Shown here piece by piece: positions 37,110 through 50,104 of a stretch of DNA of 64,000 nucleotides (positions within the stretch are counted from its first letter, which is position 1; each line of letters starts with the position of its first letter). The position numbers were made by a program, and so were the translations under genes. Location of the stretch: NCBI GenBank assembly GCA_013265495.1, contig MU058584.1, positions 7,530,407-7,594,406 on the forward strand, in the 5' to 3' direction. Source of the stretch: Vicugna vicugna. Taxonomy: Eukaryota. The notes beneath the pieces were generated by a model that was not told where the DNA came from, made no database searches, and saw only the letters and a list, made by a program, of their open reading frames with translations.

Positions 37110-39620
37110 GGCTTTTCCTTTGAAATCTTGATTGTTTTCAATTATTTTGTACTTGCTAGGACCTCCAGTACAATGCTGAATACAAATTGGGCATCCTTGA
37201 CTTGTTCTGATTTTAAGGAAAATTATTTCACAACTTTATAGTTAAGTACTTCCTGATAGGTACCCAATGATACCAGGTAAAGAAGATCTCTTTGGTTCCT
37301 AGTTGCTAGGTTTTCTGTTTCTCTTTTAATCATGGATGTGTGTTTAATTTTATCAAATGCTCTTTCTGTCTCTACAGAGAAGATTGTGTGATTTTCTTCT
37401 TTAATCTATTCATGCAGTGAAAAATATTAAAAGACTTTCTGATGTTAAACTATCCTTGAACTCCTGGGATTAAACCTAGTTAAATCATGATGTATTATTA
37501 TTTATTATGTGTTCCAGGCTTAAGCTTGCCAGAATTTTATTTAAACTTTTGCATCTATTTTTCTCTGTGTTTACTTTCTAGGTAACTTTTTTTGTAACTT
37601 CTTGATTTAGATGTGTAGCTCATCAAATTTTTATCCTATATTTTTCTCACGTATGCATGTAAATCTGTAGATTTCCCTCTAGGTAGTCTTTAGCTGCTTA
37701 CTACAAACTTTGAAATATAATAGTTTCATTATCATTAAGTTCTGTTTCCTTTGATCTTCTGTTTCTGTAATCTTCATTATGATTTTTTTCCTTTGAGTTG
37801 TTTAGAACTGTGTTTTATATTTTATAGTGCATGGAACTTATTGTGTTGTTGTTTTCTAACTTAATTGTGTTGTGGTTAGAGAATATGGTCTAGCACATGG
37901 TGAATTTTCATAAATATTTCATGTATGCTTGAGAAGACTGTATTGAGGTAGGAGGGCAGGTTCCATGAGAATTCACTGGATCATACTTGTTAATTATACT
38001 ATCCAGTCTCTATAGTTATTATCTTTTTTTAATCTTGATTAATTTAAACACTCAGTAAGTATGTGTTAGGCAGCTGTTACATGCCTGGCACTGCTCTGTG
38101 TTCTTAAAATACATCTCTGAATAAAATAGACAATAATGATACATTTTAGATTACATTCTAGAGAGGGATGTTGGCAGAGAGACAGATAAAAGCCATAAAG
38201 AATCTTACTTTAATAAAAGGGTGTTAAAAGTCTCACTTTGTGATTGTGAGCTTGCTTATTCTAGTAAGTCTGTCAGTTTTTGCTGTATGTATTTTGAGAG
38301 ATCAATTTAAGAATCTGTTAGATTCTTACCTATTTAAAATTGTCATATCTCCCTGGTGACCTTTTAAAAAAAATAATTTTGTGGCAACCCTCTTTATTTC
38401 TAACATGGCTCTTTGCCTTCAAATTTATTTTGTCTGATCCTAATATAGCTATACTACCTTTCTTTTGGTTAATATTTGCTTGGTTTATCTTTTTTACTTC
38501 CTTTTGGCATCAATCTGTATTTTTATGAAGTGTTTCTCTTATAATAACATGTAGATGGATTTTTTTGTTGCTTTTAATGTAATGTGAGATCTCTTTTGTC
38601 TAACTAGGAAGTTTAGCACATTTATATTTTGCATTATTATTACTGAATTACTGAATTTATTTGAACATCTTATTTTAGTCTTTATCTCTATGCTGCCTTT
38701 TCTATACTTGTTTTCTCCCCTTCTTTCCTGATTTATTTTTCTTTCATTCGGGTTAATGTATCTTTTTCCTTGGCTTGGAATTTATATACTTTATTTGTAT
38801 TCTTTTAGGTAACTTTTTAATATTTTTGACTTTAAGTTTGAAGTTAGTCATTCTACTCTCTTTCCAAAATGACCCCAAAATACTTTAACTCCACTAACTC
38901 TCTCCTGATTTCCATGTTACTGTTACTCAGGATTTGAGTTCTACCTTACTTTTTACCACTTTACTCAATATTATAATCGATTCACATAGGCAATGCTTGT
39001 TTAGATTTATTGACATGATTACCAATTTCTTTGTTCTCTTTCCTTCTTGCATTTCAGTGTTTAGTTTTGTTTCATTCTCCTTCCTGCTAAAGTATACCCT
39101 TTAAAATCCTTTCAGTGGGTGCTACTTGATCATAACTCTCAATTTGGTGTTTGAGGGGTTTTTTGTTTGTTTTTATTTTGCCCTAATTTTTGAGCAATAC
39201 CTTAGTTGGATATAGATTGATAGTTCTTTTAGCTGATAAATTTGAAGTCATTATTCCCTTATGTTCTGGCTTCAACTCTGCTTTTGAAAAGTCAGCTGCC
39301 AGTTTAATTATTGCTCGTTCTATAGGTAATCTGTATTTTCTCACTTGTTGATCTTAAGATCACCTTTCTCTTTCTTTGATGTACTGAAGTTCCAGTATGA
39401 TGTGTTTTTATGCATGTTTTGCTTTATATTTCCTGCTTGGGATTCATTGTGTTTCCTAAGCCTTAGGATTTGTCATTTTCATCAAATCTGAAAACCTGTA
39501 TATTATTCTCTCCTTGACTTTTGTTTCTTCTCTGTTCTTTCTTGTTTCTCTTTCTAGATTTCCTATTAGATATACATATGCCAAAACATTTAATCCTGTC
39601 TTCCATAGAGTATTCTTTCT
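37110..39620 (-). mobile_element. Ancient antisense L1 (L1MC/ME-like) with a nested L2-like piece at ~38030-38190
   Basis: 'gctaggacctccagtacaatgctgaata...catccttgacttgttctgattttaagg' and 'aattttatcaaatgc'; strongly T-rich. Confidence 0.75.
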
Positions 39621-42600
39621 AAAATGTTTATTAGACATTTCTGCATTACCAGCCCTGCGTATCAGTATTGGTACTCTAAATGAAATGTGTGACCTTGTTT
39701 TGCATGATATTTGTAATCAGTGAGTGTCAGAAAACATTCATTGTTCACTGATCTTAAGATGCAGAATTTAAGAAATGGATGAAGAGATGAAGAAGAAAAG
39801 GTAGTCTAGCTGAGGAGATAGTGTACGTGAAACAAATGTGCTGTACTGTATAAGGCAACCCTCAAACGATTATATGATAGTGCATTCCATTGCAGCATGT
39901 CAGTGCTGGAGGAGCACGGAACATAGGATTTGGCCGTGCAGTGGTTAGCATCATAGAGGATGCTCTTGTTGGATTTTGGTATAGATTATTGGAGAGGAAA
40001 TAGAAGGGAATATCCCAAAGAGGGAATAGTATTAGTCAAAGCAAACAGGTGGGAAATGTTGCTTAATCTGTTGCCAGTCTTTTCTGGATGAGCAGTTAGT
40101 TTCAAAGGCAAGATGAACCCTAGTTTAAAAAAAAATCATTTCTTTTTCTTCCATAGGGTTTAGTGAACTGACTCATGCATGTAAGTTTATGTATTTTAAT
40201 ATTTTATGTGAGGGGAGAACCGTAAATCTGTCAAAAAGACCATATGGTTAGTCTAATTCTATAAAGTATACTTAAATGATATTCTTTTCACCACTTACAT
40301 TGATTCTAAGATTATGTTCATATTTTTCTTTCTTCTGAGACAAGATCTTAACTGTTTTCTTTCCTTGCTCTTAGACGAATTTAACCTTGGTTAATTGAGA
40401 AGAGATTTTATAAATGCTTCTACTCCTTTGTTTTCTTTGTCTTTGTCTTCCACTGCAGTGTTTCAGATCATTTATTTAGCCATTCACATGACCTATGTAA
40501 GATGCATTTGACCTTGGACCTAGAGTTTCTGTGTGAACGTTGAGGTTGGCACCAATGTAAATGTCAAATAGCATGGCTCTTTAGAGTTCTCTAAGACCTT
40601 ATAGATAATCTTGTCTACCCTCCTCACCTCACAGGATGAGGAGTTAACACCTGTAACAGTTAAATACTTTCCTCATGTCAAAAGAGCAGGTCTTGACAAA
40701 GCCAGAACCCAGGTCTGATGTCTCTTGTTCTTTCAGATACCATAGTTTTGATATTAACTACGGAACAGGAATTCCACCTAGTATTTTATTTGGAATTTAA
40801 TTGGAATCGTGCCTAGAAGGGCAACAAAGAAGAGATTTTTACATTCTCGTGAAGGTATTTCAGTTTGCTGTTAGGTCTGACAAATTTCCATGGAACACTT
40901 TTAGTCTCATTTGCAAAGGCTGGCGTGGAACTGACCAGTACCCTCACTACAGTTCTTGTCTCACGGCATTATTCCTAAGAGCTCATTTAACTGCTATTTC
41001 AACTTTCCACCATAATGTTTAAAACAGTTATTCTGTAGTCCCCAATTATCAGGTGTATGGGAATTGATACACTTAACATCTTTCTTTAAAAAGCCTTCGG
41101 TGTCCTGGTGAATTAATATGATCTTTATGAGTCTGGTGACCAGATTTTTGAGCCATTCTGAACAGTGTTTTAGTGCTAAGATTTTTATAAATGGAAGGAA
41201 TTGTTACTAGTTGCAGTAACTTCAGCACTTGAGGAAAGTGCGTTTCGCATATAGACGGATTTAACCTACAAAAACTCCAGGTAAGGATATGCACCCTAGT
41301 CTTCCTCTGAGCCTTTCAAAGAGGGCACCGTAGATATCTGGGGAGACTGATAAGCCACAGTATTTGATTCCCATATTCATTGCATCACCGAATCATTTAC
41401 AAAATCTAAGCTAAAAGATTCCTGAACGTCCCTGTGGCAAGGTCTAAACCGAAGATTGGAATGTGCCCCCAGGTTTTTGTTTCGACGTTGTTAGAATTGC
41501 CGTGTTTTCTCTGGTGGAAGCACACCTAGATAATGGCTTCACTGTGCTGGTCCTTGCTCTCCCCAGGCAGGCATTGGCTTTTAAGGTCATGCTAAGGCCC
41601 ATTTGGTCCCAGGTATGTCAGCTCTGGTAGCCAGCAGAGATGTGTGTCTGTCCAGGGGGTTTGTAGAACAGCCACATGGTATTTTTCTGAGCACCCCTTG
41701 GGGTTGTCCAGCTCTGTTTTCTTTTAAATTAACGCATTCTTTCTTTGACGCTGCATTGTAGCGTCAATTCAGGATATGGTTTATCAACCTTACCAAGTGC
41801 TTTAATTCACTCCCCCCCCCCTTTATGGAAGGTGATTTTAGGATGTTTCACTGCTCCACTTAGTCCCCAGCACATTGCCAACACTCAATAAATGTCAAAC
41901 AATGCTGCACTGTAGCGAGTGTGGGCTCTTTTAGGCATTCTGAAAAGAATGGCTCTTTATTCTCATTGTTGAGTGGTATATTTTTCCAATTGTTAGCTGG
42001 AAAGGTCTTGGAGTCAGGTTTTCCATTTTTATACCTTTATGGCTATGTTTCTATATTCAGACATGCTTCGAGTTTAAGCTGTTTGGAAAAGTGCTTAATT
42101 AAACAAATATGCTGGGTAAAAGGCTGTATGCCTTGTCTTAAGGGTCATGTCTCACTTGGATGTGGTAGAGTGTCAAATCTGTGTTAACAGGGAAGCAATT
42201 ACTCTTCCATAAATAAGGATGACAGGGGCTCATATTTATTGGAAAATCAGTAGAGAAAAACATGTGGTGTTTGGTACTAGGAAATGAAATATTGTGTATA
42301 GAATACAATGCAGTTAAGCTTGTGTTTGGGACATGAATAAAACACCTGTGGGAGTTATTTTATTTCATTTTATCCCCCATTGTTGTCAGAATGTTTAAGA
42401 CATTTTTCTTGCCTCATAGAATACTGAGAATTGCTTATCTTCAGAATATTCTGATTCAGGAGGATTTTTCTTTGTCAGGTGAAGATTCAGTTAGTTACCG
42501 GTCTTTCAATCCAAGCTGAATAATGAAATGTGTGTCATCCTTCACTTTCATGAAGTGTAGGTGGGCCATCTTCCCACATGGCGTGTTTGTAATACCCTCT

Positions 42601-42769
42601 AACTATGAGTACCTGATGGAGGAAAAAAAAATCAGTTTGAGAGTAAAAACTCTTTATCCCTCTTAATTGGCTCATCCAGTTCATTGTACCCTTTCTATAA
42701 CTTCCTAAAGTTATGATATAAAGGTGTGGTCTTTCCTATACTGTATTCTTTTTTTAATCATTTTCTAGT

Positions 42770-42915
42770 TTAAATTTTATTGAGGTAATTGTACATTCGT
42801 ATGTAGTGGTAAGAAATAATACAGAGAAATCTATTGTTTATTTTGCCCAGTTTCTCCCAACAGTAATATTTTACGAAACTGTAGTATATCACAGCCAGGT
42901 TACTGACACTGATGA
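42770..42915 (-). mobile_element. L1MC-like 3' terminus
   Basis: 'gtagtggtaagaaataatacagagaaatc...cccagtttctcccaacagtaatatt...tcacagccaggttactgacactgat'. Confidence 0.7.
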
Positions 42916-43095
42916 TTTATCTTTTTTCTATCACTTTAAACCTTTCCGTATTCTTATGTTTTAGGAATGTCTCTTGTAAATAGTTTATACTTGGGTTTTA
43001 TTTCTCTTTTTTATCCAGTTTATTATTATTATTAATTTTTGTCTTCATACTTATTTTATTGGGTGGTTTGGAGAGGCTATTTTTGGCCATTCTTT

Positions 43096-43734
43096 TTTTT
43101 TCATTTTTCAGTTTTATTAGATAAAATTGATACAGTTTGAGTATACATATTCAATATATTGCATGTAAATACATATATACAATATACTGCACATATTTTT
43201 AAAATTTACATATACATACTGTTCATTGTTTTTAAGAACACTTTAGAGCTTTAGCTTTTTAAACTTACATAGTTATCAAAAGAATAAAACCAACCACAAA
43301 ATAAGAATCAACAGAATGCAGTAATCCAATCATAAAGGACAGTCAAATGTGCTTACACATATTCAAGAAATCGGTCATCTAAGTTATAAATAATAAGTAG
43401 TTCATTTGTGTCCTTTTTTTTTAGTTTCCACATATAAGTGATATCATATGGCATTTTTCTTTCTCTTTCTGGCTTACTTCACATGGAATAGTGATCTCCA
43501 GATCCATCCATGTTGCTGCTAATGGCATTGTTTTATTCTTTTTTATAGCTGAGTAGTATTCCATTGTATACATATACAACTTCTTTATCCAGTCATCTGT
43601 TGATGGACATTTGGGTTGTTTCCATGTCTTGGCTATTGTAAATAGTGCTGCTATGAACATTGGGGTGCATGTTTCTTTTTGAATTATATTTTTCTCTGGG
43701 TGTATGCTCAGGAGTGGGACTTCTGGATCATATA
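43096..43734 (-). mobile_element. 5'-truncated L1 (ORF2 C-terminal region) with an atypical ~300-bp 3' tail
   Basis: ORF 43421-43738 'YDPEVPLLSIHP...[31 protein letters not shown]...YTMEYYSAIKKN' is the L1 ORF2 end; AATAAA on the minus strand at 43113-43118; poly-T; flanks ccattcttt / ccatacttt. Confidence 0.88.
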
Positions 43735-46700
43735 CCATACTTTATTCTTAGTATTGAAAAAAATTCTATTAGATATGAGACCTACTACAGTCTGAGAAGC
43801 ATGTAAGTAAACTGCTATTAATCAAGTGTCAGGGGTATTTGCTGTGAGAACCACTTAGTGTGCTTAAGTAACAGAATGTGTTAAGTCAACATTTCAACAC
43901 CTTGTACCTCTTACTAGTTTTAACACAATGGTAAATAAATAAATGAATAGATACTAAGCATATCATTGATATTTATCTCCACTGCCATATTACTTTCCAC
44001 GAGGGAGAGACTGTTTGTCTTGTTCATTGCTTTGTCCTAACAGATCCTAACACAGTGCCTGGTGATTGTGAGAGCTCATAACGTAAGTGAATGAAACAAT
44101 AGATGGATATTAAACTTTTCCCCTCTGTTATATGGTGAAAATATAAAAAAGGCCAAGTGCCAATAAAAAGCATTCTGTAGGTAAGCTCTAGAGAGACCTA
44201 GAGCCTCAGATCCAAGTGGGCTGAAAATGGAGGTATAGATGAAAACCCTTAGAGGAAAAGTTTTAGCACAGAAAGAAGTCTTTCATTTAAAAGTAAGAAG
44301 CTGAGAATGTTCAGTTATATAAAAACTTTACAAATGGGCTTTATTTGAATTTAATAGAACATAATTCCATGACAATTCAAGAAAATAAAAACAGAATAGA
44401 TGTTTTATCGTAAATAGCCTCAACTTAATAATAATCTTACTAATATTATTCAAAAGTGTTTTGTAGCTCTCTCTACTCAGCTTTCTAAATCTTCGTTTCT
44501 TTAGCTCCAGCAAAGTCTTAACAAATTTCAGAGTTTCTGTGATATACAGAACTTTTCAAGGTTAGGGAAGTGGATTTTAGTTTTCTGTTTGTAAGTTTTT
44601 GGTCATTCTTGTTTCTGCTAGAGCTATTAAGTTCCCATGGGTCAGACAGAGATTTGAGGACTTCTGCAGAGTTATTGATTATGAGTTCACAATGTGACAG
44701 TAACGTTTATTTCCCTCTATAAATCCAAAAAGGTAAACCCTGTGCTTTCCCTGTCTAGCAGTTGGATAGGCATACATGTTTAGCAAGTCAATAAAAGGAC
44801 AATTTGTATCTTGAAAGCTGTTAAATTTAAATCTTTGAATTAGAGAACCCTGTTTTTGTGTCCCCTCCCTTTCTTTGTTCCAGTCTCTCACTGCAAAAAT
44901 ATTTGTTGTCGTATGGTTCTGATATTGCATATTACAATGGTTTCTCAATTCTCACTACTGCATCTTTTCCCTTTATGAGTATCTCTCTGGTTGTGAAACA
45001 GCATCATTAAGAAATCCTAGGTATACCAGAGAGGAGGGGCAAAAATGTTTTCAAAGGGGAGCCTGGAGAGAGATGGATTGGAGAACCAGAATTGTCTGGC
45101 CATTTGACTTATTTGATTCACGAACCACACCAAGACAGAAATCAAATATGATTTGGTAATATTTTTGTGAACTAAGTCTGTGACAATTGATTTCACAGCT
45201 AAGATAAATTCTCATGAAAGCCAACATAATTGCTTGGGTATGAAATGTCTGTGGCTTGAAGCAATCAGTTTAAATTCTTCTCTTACTGGTTTTCAAATTA
45301 AACTGAAATGGAATAGGAGTCTGATGCCCTACTTGGATGACTGTTTCAGCCTTTTCTGAGGGAGAAAAATAGCAAGTTAGTGCTTTTCAGCTTTTTCAAA
45401 TGTCATTAAAGGGCTTTGGAGAAATTCTTCATGCTTAAAGCACCTGTGTGTAGTCCATATCCATTTTTCTAGGGGAATTAGGCGTTGTGCTCCCTGGGAG
45501 CCTTTGCATATTTCAAACAAAGGGACTGTTAGGATAGACTCAGCAACTTAGATTCAGTTCCTTTCTTCCCAAGGATTTAAACTGGAGTTGTATCTTAAGC
45601 CATTAGTAGCGCCAGCAGGGATTTTGGTTAGTTTCTGAGGCATTCATGTTCAGGAGGTTTCCGTCCAAGTGCTGTCTTGATGAATGAGCCCAACACGGCT
45701 GTGTAAAGTTCAAGAACAAAAAGAAATTATGTCCTTCACAGCAAGTTTACTTTTCTTCTAGGATTTCAGAACAAACACATTGCCTGCTCCCCACCTACTT
45801 CCCGGAACATCCATTTGCTGATGGGCAGTCCCCTCCCCCTGCTACTCCCTTCAGACAAACACTGTGGCTTGGGACTGGCATATGCCTCCCTTTGGGGACC
45901 ATAAAACAGCCTAACTCTAGGGGAGCAACTACTGCTTTCAAACATGCTGCGGAAAAAAAATATATGCTTGGTACTAAGATGCAGTCTTGAAGAGAGATGC
46001 TGTAGTGGTTAAGTTGCAAGTCTAGATGGGTCATCATTCCAAGAGACTGGTACCAATGACACGGTATCTTTAAATATGTGATTGTTTACAAATAGGATTG
46101 TATTGCTAGTTTGTTAAAAAATTAACTTATTTTGAAAACTAATTAGTCATACTAAAGAGCTGGATTCAGAATATTAAGTGGCTTGTCTCAGGCTTTTGTT
46201 TTAAAGAAAGTTTACCTTCTGGTCACTTATGGAAAGGAAACAAAGTGGGTTGTGTGCTGCGGCTTCTGCAGTGTGGTGGTGATTTCGTGGACGGCAGGGC
46301 ACCCCCAAGCTGAAGCCAGCAGGGCGACAGCCGACTGTGCAGGTATTTCAGTCATTAGCCTGCGGGGAGAACTCTTAAGAAATTGAATAAGCAGGGGTGT
46401 GAAAATTTCCCTAGTTAGGTCTAGCCTGAAGGAAATTTCTAAACACTTCAATTTCTTTGGCAGTCTTCAAGGCCTCCCAAGAACAAAAATAAAGAAAACT
46501 ATGGACATGTTCTACCAACGATTGAAATAATCAGGTTTTTAGAGACGACCTGTAGAATTTTGTATAGCAATCTACGCGTTGAAGAAGAAACTTAAATAGG
46601 AGAATGAAGAGAAAAAGTCCAAAAAGGGTTATTATTCAAGTCTGTTGCTGTTTAAATCTAGTTATATTGAACAGCGTATCTATGGCATTCTCTGGCAGAC

Positions 46701-46820
46701 ACAGAGTTTTCCATTATTACCAGTGTTACCATATACTGTCCTGATTTATTGCTAAAGCAGTAACACCTTGCCTAGAAGTTCTTGAGTTTGAAGGGGAAAA
46801 AAGCCTTTAAGTCAAAATAA

Positions 46821-46880
46821 CACACATACATATATATATGTGTGTGTGTGTATGTGTGTGTATACATATATATATATATA
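46821..46880. repeat. Compound (CA)/(TA)/(TG) microsatellite
   Basis: Read directly. Confidence 0.85.
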
Positions 46881-47847
46881 AAATTTGTAAGTCTCTATGC
46901 AGATCACGGAACTCCTTCAAATCATGCTCTCAAAAATATTAATTACAAGCCCCACTTTTTGCAAGATCAATTTACAAATCAAAAATCTTTTTGTGACCTA
47001 ACATTGCATGTGTAATGTATTTTTATTTTTCCTCAGTTGATTTACTATGAAACGAACTTACCCATAAAGAATGTCCTTAGCGACTGTACCTGCTGAGAGA
47101 AACTATTGTGAAGGTTTTAATTATATACCTTGCATATAAATTATATTATTCTGCTTTGGTTTGCTGCATTCAGAGGGAAACTATTTACTGGCATGTGTAA
47201 TTAATTTTAATTAACACACACAGCCTTAGTAAAAGAAACTGACACGGCACAAGCCTTGGTAGAAAATGTTAGTCACACTCTGCAACTAACTCTGAGCAGA
47301 TGCTTGGTTTCATAAAGAAAATATTTGCAAAGCCTAACTGGAGCAAGTTTTTTCCTTTTCTTTTCTTTTTCTAATTTTGAAACTGCCTATGTTTATGTTT
47401 TCGAGTCTGGGGAAAATACTGTTCATATAAAGGAATGGTTTTAAAGAATGGAATCGCAAAGAGTAGTTTTGACTATTCAAACACCGTATCTGCCTTTGCT
47501 ATCAGTGTGTTTGTTAAATCCACACCTCACTCCGTACCTTTAAATCTCTTACAGCATGAGTGCTGTATGTTATGCTACTAGATATTAGCCCTACTCATTT
47601 TAACATTGCAGTGCTTTCATGTTAGACAAGAAATAAGTGCTTGAAAACTTGGTTATTTCACCAGAGCACTAAGGTCATGAAAAAAAATTCTATTTTTTGA
47701 TGACTGCATTGTGATTTTTAAAATAAATTGGCCGTAAAAGATCTATACCAGTAGCTCTCAAATTTTTTGGTCTGAAGACCCCTTTCCACTCTTAAAAATT
47801 ACTGAAGACATCAAAGAGCTTTTGTTTGTATGGATTGTGTGGGTTAG

Positions 47848-47992
47848 TGTATCAGGAATCCTGTGAGCCAGTTGACTTCACATTATCGCTTAAAATTGGT
47901 TACAATGAGAGTATTTATACGATGGACATCAGCAAATGTTAGGAATCACAGCTTTCTGGAAGGCTTCTTGTTAAACATTTATTAGCACACTG
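47848..47992. mobile_element. MER63-like hAT MITE fragment nested in Charlie1
   Basis: 'tcaggaatcctgtgagccagttg...gagtatttatacgatggacatcagcaaatg...ttgttaaacatttattagcacactg'. Confidence 0.6.
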
Positions 47993-48045
47993 CCAATTAT
48001 ATCAATTGTTAGATATGGAAAATGAGACATTTAAAAGTATAAACG

Positions 48046-48344
48046 TATTAAATCAATTAAAAATAATAGTAATGCATCAATTCATATTAACATAAATAGT
48101 ATATTAAAAACTTTAAATATCAGAAGAGTGGCATTATTTTTTACAAGTTTGCTAGTTTCTTTAATATGTGGCTTAATGCAAGACAGCTGGAGTCTCATAT
48201 CTGCTTCTGCTTTCAATCTGTTGCAATATGTTGTTTTGGTTGCAGTATATGAAGAAAATCTGGCCTCACACAGATATGTAGTTAGAAAGAGAAGAGTATT
48301 TTAATAGCCTTTTCACATACTTGTGGGTTTTCTTCTTTGGTACT
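48046..48344 (+). repeat. 299-bp direct repeat, copy 1 (colinear with the transposon, probable donor)
   Basis: Base-for-base identical to 49806-50104 by manual comparison; offset 1760 bp. Confidence 0.97.
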
Positions 48345-49805
48345 CCTCAAAAATCGACAAGTGATAGTTTCCAAAGAGTTAGTTGCAATAGGGAATCTGA
48401 AATCTTATCAATGAACTTTTTATATTCTATGTGTTAATCTATTTGTCTGTTGTGTTAATCTATTTGTTTAGCATGCAATTTAAATGGATCTTTTACTTAT
48501 GAGTGATTTTATACGTCATACATTTGTCATTTGGAAGATATTGGCTCACTGATTTATATAGATCTCAATGTTTATACATTTCATTACACAGTATTTAAAA
48601 ATTATATTTGTTAATATCACCACCAGTCTCATCAGAAAAGGGGAAACTGTCAAGCCCGTGGTGGGAGATTACAAGGTTTCCAAAATTATAAATTGAATTT
48701 TATCATTGATCACAAATACTGTCAGTTGTCTTCAACAAAGGGACAGACTCATTTTGTTCATTTTTTGAGAAAATCTCTGTCAGAAACTCAGGTTTTCTTA
48801 ACCAAAAATATCAGACTCTCAAGGAAAATGGCATCCCATGAAAAAACAGGTATGTCAGCTTAGAGTTCAATTGCACAAGTGCCTTTGCTCGAGAAAACCA
48901 CTTCAGTACACAGGTGTGCTTATGTGGACTTCTCAGTTTTGACATAGAATATTAGAGAGATGTATGCTCAGGATCTAGATTTAATAAAACTAATTTTTTT
49001 TACTACTTCATCAGGATAGCCTTAAGTGAAACTTTTTTTTTTTTTAATTGTTAAGTGTATGGCAGTGACAACTATGAAGGCTCTCAGTGCAGCTTCAGGA
49101 CATTGTCTTGATTGGTGCTGTCACCCATCCTTGCTCTTGCACCATCAGTACAAAAAATGTTGACACATTTGTTGCGAGACAAATCAAGACATTGAAAAAA
49201 ATGTGTATACTTTGACTGTTTCCACACTTGTTGATAAGTATTTGTATAAAAATGAAGGTCTTTGAGGATTAGTTGGTACTGATACTGGACAAATATAACT
49301 AGAACAACTGTAGTCATTCTTTAGATTTGTCCATGTTATGGCAAAAGTATAATTCTGCAGATGAGATTTTTTTTAAACTCATGCTTTACATTAGCAGCCA
49401 AATCTTTGATTGGACAAGTTACTCTATCATTGAAAAATGACAGTAATTTCTTTTTACTGAATTTTTATCCAGCGGGTATTCAGCAATGTTGTGTAAAACT
49501 TTTATCTGTGAGCCTCTCAGCTAACGGTGTGTACTTCTCTAGACATCGCAGTACAATGACTTATCCCATAGATGCTTGAAGGGCTTCGTTTCTACTTTGA
49601 AAAGTTCTAATGCACAATATTTGAATTTCAAAGAACACATCATATCTCTGTTTAAAATGTGTGATTTCTTTTTTTTTTTTTGATGTCCAATAGTTGGTCT
49701 CAAAATGATGCTGTCACATAACAGGCATTATATTGCTATTCAAAAGTGTTCAGTTGCATAAGACAGTAAGGTAAACATCTCTAAAACCAAGGGAAAGGAA
49801 TAGCT

Positions 49806-50104
49806 TATTAAATCAATTAAAAATAATAGTAATGCATCAATTCATATTAACATAAATAGTATATTAAAAACTTTAAATATCAGAAGAGTGGCATTATTTT
49901 TTACAAGTTTGCTAGTTTCTTTAATATGTGGCTTAATGCAAGACAGCTGGAGTCTCATATCTGCTTCTGCTTTCAATCTGTTGCAATATGTTGTTTTGGT
50001 TGCAGTATATGAAGAAAATCTGGCCTCACACAGATATGTAGTTAGAAAGAGAAGAGTATTTTAATAGCCTTTTCACATACTTGTGGGTTTTCTTCTTTGG
50101 TACT
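49806..50104 (+). repeat. 299-bp direct repeat, copy 2 (probable ectopic copy)
   Basis: Identical to 48046-48344; the flanks diverge immediately (aaacg| vs tagct| on the left; |cctcaa vs |tccagg on the right). Confidence 0.97.

Noticed and set aside
49084..49317. Possible domesticated hAT transposase gene (CTDGA motif)
   Set aside because: Only short frame-shifted remnants inside a fossil with terminal repeats; there is no continuous ORF.
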